DNA of 63,045 nucleotides, filler included, from Collodictyon triciliatum (lineage: Eukaryota), in NCBI GenBank assembly GCA_043381765.1. It is 15 parts of 15 records of this genome, joined end to end, with 100 filler letters (N's around TTAATTAATTAA, not from the genome) between each part and the next. Parts side by side here need not be neighbours in the genome. Positions count along the whole stretch, not along the records: positions 20,866 to 25,101 come from JBHJMP010006340.1; positions 25,202 to 29,432 come from JBHJMP010006341.1; positions 29,533 to 33,768 come from JBHJMP010006342.1; positions 33,869 to 38,101 come from JBHJMP010006343.1; 11 more parts are not named here. One strand, 5' to 3'. The position numbers and the translations under genes were made by a program. This document shows, one piece after another, positions 24,259-35,304 of this stretch. Position 1 is the stretch's first letter, and each line of letters starts with the position of its first letter. The notes beneath the pieces were generated by a model that was not told the origin of the DNA, did not search any database, and saw nothing but the letters and a program-made list of their open reading frames with translations.

Positions 24259-25201
24259 GGTCCCTAGTAAGAAACGTGGGTTATATGACTTGCTTTGCCT
24301 GGCTGGGTTTTCCAACAATCGCCCGGAGACTGCTTTGTGGGGTGCGAGAGCCGCGCTTCGGACAAAGAGCTGGTTTTCTGTTCCTCAAATGCACACACAT
24401 GGGGAGGTTTGATCCGCTCAGCGGCGGTGTTTTTCTACGGGCGGCACAGACTCTGGCGAGACTGCGGCATGGGACTCTGCTTTCTGTTCTGATTCATGGC
24501 ATTCGTGTCCGCTTCGACACATCAAAACGTGTGCGCTTTGTTGAATCTGCACAGGATCTCATTTGTGAAATGGATCAAATGGAAACAAATGGAATCAAAT
24601 AAAACAAAACCCCAAAAAATAAAATAAAGAATAATTCAAGTATTCTTCCATTCAATGAAAGTGTACCATTCCAGAAAAAAAAAAAAAGAAAAAGGAAGCT
24701 CTGTTAGTCACACGTAGCAAAAGCTCGCAAAATGGTAGTCAAGTCGGCTAATAATTAGCGCCAATGGCTTAAGGTTCTCTAGAAAATTAGGCAAATTTGG
24801 ATTTTTGGGTATAATATATTGTGTCCTCAATGGGGACATGTTTTTGCTTCATTTGGTTTATAATTTTCCAGATTTGATTAACATAGTCCGAGAAAGGCGT
24901 CGGTTACCAACAACCCGAAACTGTCTTTGGCATCTGCTGCCGGGGGACTGAGGCCGAGAATCATTTCCCGCACGCACGTACTGATCCCGTCTCGATCGAG
25001 TGCAAAAAAACCAAAAAACCAAAAAACCAAAAAACCAAAAAACCAAAAAACCAAAAAACCAAAAAACCAAAAAACCAAAAAACCAAAAAACCAAAAAACC
25101 ANNNNNNNNNNNNNNNNNNNNNNNNNNNNNNNNNNNNNNNNNNNNTTAATTAATTAANNNNNNNNNNNNNNNNNNNNNNNNNNNNNNNNNNNNNNNNNNN
25201 N

Positions 25202-25700
25202 GGCGACGGGCTTTGTTTGTGTCCGCTGTGGGGCGGCGTTGGGTGCGGCTTTGCCTGTGAGTGTGCCTGCCGAGTTGGAGGGCACGTTTGGGTCTTTGTC
25301 CGCAGCGGAAGAGGGAGCCTCTTGTGGAGTCTTTGGGGTTGGCGGGGGGTTTGCCAGGGTTGGTGTGTGCGCTGACTCTGGAATCAGCACGAGCTGTGGT
25401 GTGGCTTCGCCTTTGTTGTGGGGCAAAGCGCTCGGCCGTCTTCCCTGCGCGGGTACGCAAGGCCCAGGCCGCTCGACAGGTCGGATGCCAGCAGCACAAC
25501 GCCCTCTGTGGCGCACTCGCGGGTGCGGTGGACTTAGCATAGCTGCTCCAACAGACGCAGGCGTGTGGTGTGTATCAGTGTCTCAGTGTACCCGCCCACA
25601 AGGCGCACCACGCAGCCGGCCAGGTAGAGTCCCTTCTGCTGCAGCCCCGCTGCTCGCTCCACCGGTCGCGTCCGGTAGTGCTCGTAGACCATTCTCGTCG
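25202..25700 (-). mobile_element. Degenerate divergent ORF1-like family copy (subfamily C)
   Basis: RAAGLQQKGLYLAGCVVRLVG...C*...ECATEGVVLLASDLSSGLGLAYPRREDG aligns with RSKRAQEQNLYGAGCYVRLRG...KCYEENVIMQLYDQPQGYTVAFPHQENA of the 8163 ORF. It has an internal stop and is followed by a P/T/A/S-rich tail. Confidence 0.6.
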
Positions 25701-25937
25701 CCAAGTTGAGGCTTGGTTGCTATTCGTGTAGTTTTTGTGCAAAACCAAAGCGGCACCGAACACAACCTACCTTTAAATAAAGCGCATGAAGAGATATACA
25801 TATTCTCGTTTGGACCAGAAAAACAGAACTTCGAAGCCATTATTTGGATGCTTTGTGTGTAAATGACTCGAAAAAACAACCAGGAAAAGAATAAAACCAT
25901 CTTTCTTGTTCAAATAAAAGTGCCATACACGCCGAGT

Positions 25938-26935
25938 ATGGATACATGCCCGACCAACACAGCGCCATCGCCATCAGAACCCTCTAAAAATCAAAGTCGG
26001 TCTGCAGTTGTTACCAATATATTTTTATATGTTACAATCAGAACCGGAAGCTTAATTGAACTGTCGATATTTATTCATCTCCAAGTGCCCAACTGTTTTG
26101 TCATATGCTCCGCAACTATATCTATCCAAGACATCTCTTTGATTCCATCGCGCTAATTCGATTTTTTCCAAGCACTGGATTAGATGATAGTTCCCATCCT
26201 CATTCGCATGTTGTTTGCATGGCCATGGTTCATCATGCAAAGTTCCTCTCTGCCATGAAAGTGAGAAAAGTACATCGTCCAAAATTCAATCTGCCGCACA
26301 TCATTCATCGTCGATGTGTAAGAGAATACAATTTTTCTGTTTTCTTATACCTTTCATGCAAGATAAATATTTTATTTTTCTCGTTCTTCTTGTCTCGGAG
26401 CGCAATTCCCGATGCACAAGTGCCTGTTTCTCGCCACCTTTCGCAGCTTATGACGTCGACTGAATACGGAGATATGACGATGTTTCCAGTTGCTAGGATT
26501 ATGTTGTGCTTCTTTGTAAAACGGTTGCTCATCACCGCGGCCGAATATTGCAGCGTCTATCAATCGGCCAATAAACTCAAAGCATCACTAATATAGATTA
26601 GCCAAGCATTTTAAAAAAGTAATCATCTCCTCTTGTGAGTAAATATCGAAGTTCAAGGATAATGGAATCAAAATTATTCGAAAAAGTATTTATTCGTTTG
26701 ATATCGGGGGTTTTAAAGCTCTAGTTTACATTCTAAAAACTTGATGTTTATCTTGTGTTTGGCATCGAGCCTCTTCATTGATGACTCTGCACTGTACTCG
26801 GTAAATGACTGTTCTGATGTAATTAAAAAACGACAGATGCGTCAATCATTGCGACTTGGAAAAAGAGATATATTTTGCACAGAATACTGATGATAGTATT
26901 TGGTGTCGAATAAGTTTTGATTGGAAAAAATGACA
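25938..26935 (+). pseudogene. Unidentified, probably degenerate gene, possibly p31comet/MAD2L1BP-like HORMA protein
   Basis: Segments AQLFCHMLRNYIYPRH, RHLSQLMTSTEYGDMTMFPVARIML and DDSIWCR loosely recall p31comet blocks. Exon structure is unresolved. Confidence 0.3.
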
Positions 26936-27004
26936 GTAAAAGCGAAGAAATGAAAGTGTCACTCATTTGCAACAAAAGCAAAAAGGGAAGGCAAACCCAT
27001 TTCT

Positions 27005-29285
27005 TTGTCTTTCCAACGGCAAGTTTTGGTGGCCCGCGACAAGGCTATCGAGCAGAAAGCACGCTTTGCAGACTTTTTTTTGGCTGCTGATGAATTTACA
27101 TCGTGAACGCACACTTCGCATAGGAGTTCGCCCTGATTATCAAAAGTCATCGCTTCGACCGATTGGATGATATCTATTGAGAAAGTCTAGACACATGCGC
27201 AGCGCATCCGCATGAACTAAATCAATCAGTACAAATTTAACATTATATTGGTTTTTTGGATATAAAAAAAGGCCACTGATTTGTAAGGAAGTAAAGAGAA
27301 TACCTAAATATCTACTTTTCATATTTATTTTTAATTCTATTAGGGCAGTGAAGTCATTTAAATGGAAAAGCCCATACAATTTCACTCGGCCAAATACACT
27401 GCAGATATCTGAGATAATCTCAACCAAACCCGTCATGAGTATTCGATGCATACCTAAAAGGAAAGAAGTTACGGTTTGAGTCTGTACTATTTATGATTGT
27501 CGAGGATTTACAAAGGGAGGAAAGTTCACATCCCAATCTCTTTCTCGTAGCAAAACTTGAGAGGTTTGTGTCATAGGTGTGAGCCTGAAGTAATCAAAAA
27601 ATTGAATGGATTTGTAATAAAGTGTACAGATTAATATATGTGAGTTTTCTTGTGATTGTTTGTGTGAAATATAGGCAGGTTTACCTATTATTATGCAATA
27701 GTACTATATCGTGCCAAAATCAGGACTTGGTTTCCTGAGGTAATACTGGAGCAGTGTTGAATTGGAGCGATATCTCCACTAAAAACCAATGAGCAGAGAA
27801 ATACGAAAACAGATGAAATCCTCTATAACAAAAACTCAAATAACATGATTGCTGAATTGAATATATGAATGATGTATTTCATAATTTTTGGGAGGACATT
27901 GAATAAAACGACGGGCATAATACACCACACCAGTCTACCATTTTGTCTGCACGGTATGCAGTAATGATTTTGTCAGCGCGTAGAAGTCCTGCACCACGGT
28001 CGAGTGCCTGTCTGCAAAAGTCTCCGCAAGTAAAGACCTACAATTTGAAATGAGAGAGGGTGAGATATTATGGGGATTAGATTTCTGTGTTTTTTTTTAG
28101 AAGATAAAAGGGAGTATGTCGGAGTTGGATGAGAGGAGAATAATTTTTTTTTTTATGGATAAGCAGATGAATTACAATTATTCCTTTGTCTGATTGTCTT
28201 CCGATTCGGTTCATCGTCCATCCATAAAGCTCATTCTATGAGACGTTTTTCAAGGGGTTTTCATATTGTTGCTCGTTGTGCTTCACGGTCTGCGTTATAT
28301 TTTTAAAAATAAAAATAAATAAATCATAGTCAAAGGCATCCGATGCAAACATCTGTAGCATTTTTTTTTGTCAGAAATGTTATATAGGTTGAGTACACAA
28401 AGGTGTTTGGGTGTTTTAACAAGAAAAAATGGGAGAACCTCCGGGCAATCATCACGGTATATACTCAACTATGGAAAGATTTAGATAATGACGGTTGTTT
28501 AAAAGAAAATATACAAGCTTTATCAAAATAGAAAACAAACCAATATTAAATAAAATATAATTACTGCAATTCATCCGTCAACATACAGAATAACAAAGTC
28601 AAGCTCTAGTCTTGTGTTTTATCCAGTGGAGTCATTACACAGGTCAACACGTTGGAGTCTGCAAGTGGATAATGCAAGAATGGTTAGCAAAACAGTTATC
28701 AATAAAATCCAGAATTAAATATATATGAATTATAATAATGATTAAGAAAATTGGATGGTAATATCATATAATTCCAACGATTACATATAATCTGATTTAA
28801 TGATACCGCAGAGAGAACAAATCGATTAAATAAATTTGCTACAAGAGAGAAATATATGATATTTTTCGTGATTATACTTCCTTTCCCACTCGAAGCTACA
28901 ATCGCTGCTTTGTCGCCTCTGTCGAATAAGCAACATTTGAAAAGTTGGATGAGACTTGGTGACTTCTATTGAGTCGTATAATGTAGGAATGATGCCAAAA
29001 ACAATAAACTGAACAAGATTAGTGACGCTTTTCTCAATGCCAAGACCTGTTGATGACAGTCGTTTGGTGTATCTGTCTCAACCAAATGGAAGAAGCATTC
29101 TCTGCAGAGAGCCTGATTGTTTTTGGTCTCTTGATGGCCACTTTTTTCTGGTATAGGCGTGTTAGCAAGATATTGGAATGAAGAACAAAAAGATAGAGAG
29201 AAATAAAAGAGAAAAAGTGAATGTATAGATGAAGAGACACGAAGATATTTTCACTTACAGCAATAGCCTGCGGACATAACTATTG
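27005..29285 (-). pseudogene. CTU1: Cytoplasmic tRNA 2-thiolation protein 1 (CTU1/NCS6), unprocessed pseudogene
   Basis: Colinear blocks: KRPKT/NQALCRECFF, GDKAAIVASSGKGNSNVL (PP-loop SGGKDS degraded), YRDD, TVKHNEQQYENPLKNVS*NELYGWTM, FCRQALDRGAGLLRADKII, GDIA, KPLKFCYEKEI, RCKFISSQKKVCKACFLLDSL. Multiple stops and frameshifts; introns retained. Confidence 0.9.
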
Positions 29286-29532
29286 TTTTCTATTCTGTGC
29301 CTGAGAGAAGTCTATTCTTTTTTTTTCGCACACAAATCAAGGATGGCGCTGCAAGCATAATCCCTTTTGCTTTCAGTTTATCTAGCGTTTTTTAGGAAAG
29401 GAAATTCTATTGAGCATTTACCTTTTGTTTTANNNNNNNNNNNNNNNNNNNNNNNNNNNNNNNNNNNNNNNNNNNNTTAATTAATTAANNNNNNNNNNNN
29501 NNNNNNNNNNNNNNNNNNNNNNNNNNNNNNNN

Positions 29533-30035
29533 TCGTTGTTCGCGGCTGGCGGACGCTCTTTGAGGATGCGCTTTGGACACTTTTTGCCCATGACCGTAAA
29601 CTTTGCAGGGAGCTGGTTCTTGTGGCAAAGAGGCTTCACCACGGCCGTGTATGTGAAGAAGCCTTTGTCCTTTTTGATCTCCACGTGGGTCGGTCTGAAC
29701 GGCTTCAGCTCCTCAGAAATAAGTTTCGGCCACACGTTCAGCGGTAGTTAGTAGAGCATCACCGAGGTCTCTGTTGGTTTTCTTCTGCTGAAGCTGATTG
29801 TAATATCGCTCAAACTTACCTGCTTCAGCTCTAGAAGCTTTCGGGCGTTTTCTGCAGTGCGGAAGGCGATCAGGAAAAGGCCTTCGCTGTCCGGTAAGCG
29901 CCATTGGATGGACTCTTCGCAAAGTTTGTTCGCTTTCAAGAAGGAGGCGAGCGCATCTGTTAGCCTGCGGGCCTTGTTCTTGTTATAAACGACTTGCTTG
30001 ACACCGTGCAAAAATACTGTCCACTCAAACAGACG
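29533..30035 (-). mobile_element. ORF1-like family copy (subfamily B), with premature stop, truncated by contig end
   Basis: Aligns base by base with 17232-17735 (high identity by eye). CAA->TAA at about 29748-29750. Confidence 0.85.
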
Positions 30036-30452
30036 GCATCATCGAGCATATCGTGCTGGACTGGAGTGTAACGTTTTAACAATATACAAGTGACTATATC
30101 ATGACTTGTGTTAATAAACAGCCAAAACGGTTGCATAATGCCTTAATTGCTCGATTTTACATTTACTCTTACGAAAATTGGTACAGATCTTTTTCCTAAA
30201 GTTTTTCTTTTTTATTCATATTTTTTGTTGGAACATTTTCATAAATATAACTCAGGTTTGTTTTCACGGTCAACGTTTATTACTCGAAAAAATGATCAGA
30301 GTTATTCTTGGTGGCGGTATTTATATGTAAGTACTAGTTGGTTTACGGAACCACACCAGTCTGTTATTTTTTCAGTAACATTAAATTTCTGGCAAGAGAT
30401 TTACTGATGTAACGGAAATAATAATAGATCCTTCAAAATTAAACACATTTTT

Positions 30453-31853
30453 TCATTTAACGAGCTCCATCATTTTTTTCACGCTTTCAAGCACTTTGGG
30501 TATATCAAAGTATTCCTTATCTCCGGATAGTCCAATGTAAGGAAATTCTAACAATCTTGCCATAGATATATAGCAATTAACAACGCCCCCAACCCAATCA
30601 CTCGATCGTTTTACATCGTGAATTTCTACTACTCCTGCTTTTGTGGAAAAAATCATATTAAGAAGGCCAGCACCATGATGACCGATAATTATTTTCGCAT
30701 TCCTGAATAAATCTATCGTAGTTTCCATTGGAGATGTGTCGTATTTTATGATTCTCCACACAGTTCCAAATTCCTTTCGTAGATTTTCGATCATATCATG
30801 CGTGTTATTAACAGACCTACGACCTCTTCTATCCAATACGATCATTGTGTATGAATTTTGATAAATGGGTATTTGTTCATAGTCAATATAAGGTTTCCTA
30901 TATGGTAAAGAGTATCTCGTAAAATTAAATGGTATTATTCCAAAGTGGTATCTTAATAATTTCATTTGTGGTAAGAGTGGCCTCATGCACGATGGCAAAG
31001 TTGGAAGTATAATTTCCTTGAATTTTAAATGACAATCGGTGCTCCTATTGATAGGAATAACCCTCCGTAAGTCTATTCCGATGCTTTGAAAAGCATACTT
31101 GATGAAACCATTCTTCAAGTCAACCGCAATTTTTATAGAATCGTCATATTTTATGTCATCAGGGAGAGTGAACCAGTGAGAAAAGGTTTCGACCCAAAAG
31201 TGATAATACATGGTATCTCCCCATTTTCCGATTGGTAGTACTAATACCCTCTGAGAGTATGTGTCTGTTTCTCCTTCATACTTACACTCTGCCGAAAGAG
31301 AACTCATATTGACCAAAAAATAGCCAGCATTTGTTGATATTTCTTTGCAAGAGCCTGAGTAGAGACTATTTTCGTCAGAGACAAAGACCTCTTGAGCGTG
31401 TAAAATTAGAACAGGGCTTTGTATTAGCTTGATGACATGCTCTCCTTCATTACTGTTCCTTAAAATTTTTGGATTTCTGACGTGTGGTGACATCATTTCA
31501 TTTACTTCCCCAGCAAAATTTGCCTTCCACCAAAAATTATTAAGAGTTGACTCTAGGAGAACTTCTCTGGTCTTAAACCAAAACAATTCGTCGTACTCAT
31601 AGAGTTTTTTCAACACAGATCTGTCAAATTTATTGTTATTGGCAAAGCTGTAGTCCACAAAGTCCTAAACATATAGATATTTAAATTAGGCATATAAAAA
31701 CTCCAATTTTTTTATAATAGGTATTATGCTTGCCTTAATAACATAATTCACAGCATTTTCGTCGAATTTTATAGTGTGGATTTTCTTGATGTTGCTAGTA
31801 TTCACTGATGTGAACAACATTAGTATCATGATCGTGTGAAAAATGGCGTCCAT
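30453..31853 (-). CDS. Glycosyltransferase family 61 (DUF563-type) protein with N-terminal signal/anchor exon
   Basis: The long exon has YYHFWVE, DRRGRRSVNN and IIGHHGAGLLNMIF (GT61 HGAGLxN). A short hydrophobic exon MDAIFHTIMILMLFTSV (ATG 31853) splices in phase 0 to the acceptor at about 31665. Confidence 0.85.
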
Positions 31854-32522
31854 TTGACTTCAAGACCTAATAAATTATTAGATATGGCCTTTTAAATTCT
31901 TCGTTCTTGTTTTCATATTTCGTCGAACTGGAATCTCTTCTCAAATATGCGCTCAAGAACACACTCCGACATGTATGGGGCTTCCTGGGATAATTATAGA
32001 TGATTTGTTTCCTACTTAATTGTAAGTCGCTAGAGTAAACTTCAATCTTAATAAGACTGTGATGAAAATTTGAGGATATAAAAACCAGAATTTTAAATTA
32101 TTTTCGATACTAATATGCGAAATAATAAAGTTAATCGCATTTTTTAAGGTTATTGAAGTTCTTAGTACATAAAGATGCATGGATCTGATGATTTAAAGCC
32201 GTGTTGAGTTTCTGTAAAGAGGGGATCTTTTTATCTCGCTTCGCTTGACTCATGACAAGGATCAGCTTTTTTTACAGTCCGGCATGGATGCATGCACCTT
32301 GGTTGAAAGCAATGACGCTAATTGGATAGGGTGCAGATTGTCTATGTGCGAAAGCTGAATTCCTTATTCATTTCTATGCATCCAATAGGATTTAGAATAA
32401 AAGCAATCCTAGGGAACTATAAATTCATGGCATAAACAATTTGATTAGTTGTGAGATAATAACGCCACTGAGTTTCCTTTAGTCCATCATTATGCATGAT
32501 GATGAATTCTTTCTTTGGTTCG

Positions 32523-32792
32523 CTAGCCATCGTTTTCAGGGACGCTATTTGGTGGCCGGGTGGCGGAGAAGTAGTCTGTAATCAGCAATTGCATCCTGCG
32601 GGTTGGCCTGTAGCCTGGGTTTTGTGCTTGCTTGAGGGATACAAGGCGAGGTTTAATCTCATTCTCAGCCTCATTCCACATGTCTCTTCTCACGGGGTCG
32701 GAGTAGTAGAGAACGTGCAGGTGGCGAAGGAAGATGTTGAGGAAAGAGCTTTGTATGATGTCTTCCAAGGGTCGGGTATTTATCAAAGGCAT
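32523..32792 (-). other. Orphan GC-richer ORF fragment ending in a PIP-degron-like motif (QLLITDYFSATR)
   Basis: An island of higher GC than its AT-rich flanks. The motif is encoded at 32556-32591. No clear upstream continuation. Confidence 0.35.
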
Positions 32793-33353
32793 CTATCCTT
32801 AGCCTGGATGCCCAACCGGATTAGATGTATCTTCACATTGTCACATTTTACATCCGTCTAATATGTTAAATGTCTAAAATGCAATACCTAAGGTTACTAC
32901 TACTACTAATTTGAATTTTTCGTGTACATTATACGAGTGACTATACTATGGTAAGTCGAGTTTAATATTGGTTGCATTTTCGTTCCTGGAGATGATCTAT
33001 AAAAGCACTAATTTTTTTGATTTTTCAAGAGGATATTTTTCAAAGTCTCAAAATACTCAATTTATCATGTTCTATGTTAACGTGTTTTATTTTTGGAAAT
33101 CATTAAACTACTTCATTATGAAGTCATTTAAAGTGAAGCAGATTTAGATAGTGTGCTCTTGCTACGTATGAAGCTCCCTCTGCAACTTTAAACCGTTACA
33201 TTTTATGTTATAAAAGTTAACATAGGTCAATATTGGAGTATTTCTTGGGTCACAACATACCATAACTACTTGCCTAACAAACAATTTTCATTTGAATATT
33301 CTTAGGTATAATTTTTTGAGTTGTTTATTAACGACAGGTTAAGTTGCTGACGC

Positions 33354-33728
33354 TTATGCCAACAATCTTTTTTCCAACCACCAATCAAGTATTCCGAGGT
33401 AAAAAAGAGAAAGTGATGGCGGTTGTACTTTCAGAGGAGTATGGAGGTGGATATAGAGAAAGTAGAGAAACGAGGAAGATGAGAAGGAAGAAAAAAGGAG
33501 GTAAAGACCCTGGGGCTTGATAAGAGGCCCAGGGGTTCCTTTCAGGATAGGACTTGTGGTGAAGCCCTTGGGAGAGGAAATGTAACGGGCTTGATTGTGT
33601 TTAGAGGAGAGTGGAAGAGGAATGGAAAAACTACTTTGGTGGCGCAAGGTCTTGAAAGAGTGGTGGACAGGAGAAGTTCTCAGAGTTAGAAAGGCACTAG
33701 GTCGTGTGCAAAGACAGCTTCTCTGCAT
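33354..33728 (-). CDS. Putative 5' exon(s) of a mitochondrion-targeted protein, unidentified
   Basis: S/R/K-rich, acid-free N-terminus MQRSCLCTRPSAFLTLRTS..., followed by a pyrimidine-rich intron-like segment. Downstream exons were not found. Confidence 0.35.
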   Translation of the reverse strand: MQRSCLCTRPSAFLTLRTSPVHHSFKTLRHQSSFSIPLPLSSKHNQARYISSPKGFTTSPILKGTPGPLIKPQGLYLLFSSFSSSSFLYFLYIHLHTPLKVQPPSLSLFYLGILDWWLEKRLLA

Positions 33729-34046
33729 AATTTACGTAGTTACTTCCAGACCGCAGAGCGGTCTATAANNNNNNNNNNNNNNNNNNNNNNNNNNNNNNNN
33801 NNNNNNNNNNNNTTAATTAATTAANNNNNNNNNNNNNNNNNNNNNNNNNNNNNNNNNNNNNNNNNNNNTTTCCTTTTCTTTCCTTTTCTTTCCTTTTCTT
33901 TCCTTTTCTTTCCTTTTCTTTCCTTTTCTTTCCTTTTCTTTCCTTTTCTTTCCTTTTCTTTCCTTTTATTTCTTTTGAATGCTTCATTCCACGGTCTATT
34001 TCGCGGCCCCTCATTCGCTCATCAGACTGGCTTCCTTCACTTGAAG

Positions 34047-35042
34047 CTACTTCAATAGCTTCCCTCAGGAGAAAGACGAGTCCATTTCCCTCCAAGATTT
34101 CGCATTGTCAATCATTGGTTCGTTTCTTTTCTTTCCTCTATCTTCATTTTTTATTTTGTACTGTTAGGGATGTTATTCGAAATTGAAATACATTTTTATT
34201 CCATCTATTGTCCCTATTAACACCGGTCAAAAATACTCGACATAATTTTCAGCCTTTTCGAACCCCCACCGCTCCTCTGAGTTTATCCAACGCGCCGCTA
34301 AGCTTGAGGAACGAACGGAGCGAGTGAGCTTCCGAGACTTTGTCCGTTTCCATGAGTTTGTCGAGCACAGCGCGGATATCCGCCTCGGAATTCGTCTCCT
34401 CGCCTCGTCCAAAGGATGCAAAGAAAGTATGCACAATTTTGGTGTCGAAATTATGTATTTTATCCCTTTTTTTTTTTTTTTCATTTATTAATTTGAAAGA
34501 AATAGAGAAAAGAAAAAGTTGAGGGCTGTTGAATACGGGAATGGTTTTCTGTACCTCTTTTCTGATTTTTTTTCTTCCTTTTCGTCCATGCTCACTGCAT
34601 TTCTACTCGCGAGCAGATGAACTGCGCCGCCTTGCCCGCTCTGTCTGTGACAAGGACTTGTCCAAGAGCCAAATCGATGTCCTTTTCCTCATCTACGACC
34701 GTGACGGTACGCGAGCAAATTCCCTCCTCCGTGGGCGATGGGCCTAAGCATTGCCGATCAGTGCTTGCCTGCTATACTTGCAATCAAAACAGTTGTCTCT
34801 GATTTTCCACACACATATACGCACACATTAGGTGATGGCTACATCGCCGAAGAGGAGTTGCTCTCTCTCGTGGACTACCGCACATCCTTCGGATTCGGAG
34901 TGGTATAATCACATCACACCACATCACATCACATCATGTCACTTCTCGTCACTTCTCGTCACTTCATTACAACCTCCAGCAACGCGGCACTGGCTTCGTC
35001 GACTTCTTCGAGTGCTTGAGAGGCTGCGGAACGCGCCTGTGA
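34047..35042 (+). CDS. Mitochondrial calcium uptake (MICU-family) EF-hand protein, 3' exons
   Basis: ISLQDFALSII, VSFRDFVRFHEF, ELRRLARSVCDKDLSKSQIDVLFLIYDRD/GDGYIAEEELLSLV (EF-hand DRDGDGYIAEEE), GFVDFFECL. TGA at 35040-35042. Confidence 0.85.
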
Positions 35043-35304
35043 GTACACGAGACGCCGAGCAAACCTGGGTGGGATATTGACACTCGCCCGACACCATCAC
35101 AGCGGGTTTCTGTGACCGTCTGAAGGGCGACAGTGAATAAAGTGAAAAAGAAAAGAAAGGCATTCACTTGCGTAAGAATAAAACATGGGGACGACACCAT
35201 CAACTCGTTTGTTGTTATGTTGTTTTATTCCCTACAAGTTGATAGAAAAAAAGAGGAGAGTGGAGGGAACGCCTTCGCTCTCGTTGGGCTGTGCAAACAG
35301 CTGT

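Noticed and set aside
29533-30035. RIP-like hypermutation of repeats
   Set aside because: Comparison with 17232-17735 shows mixed transitions and transversions with most CpG/CpA sites intact. Not supported for young copies.
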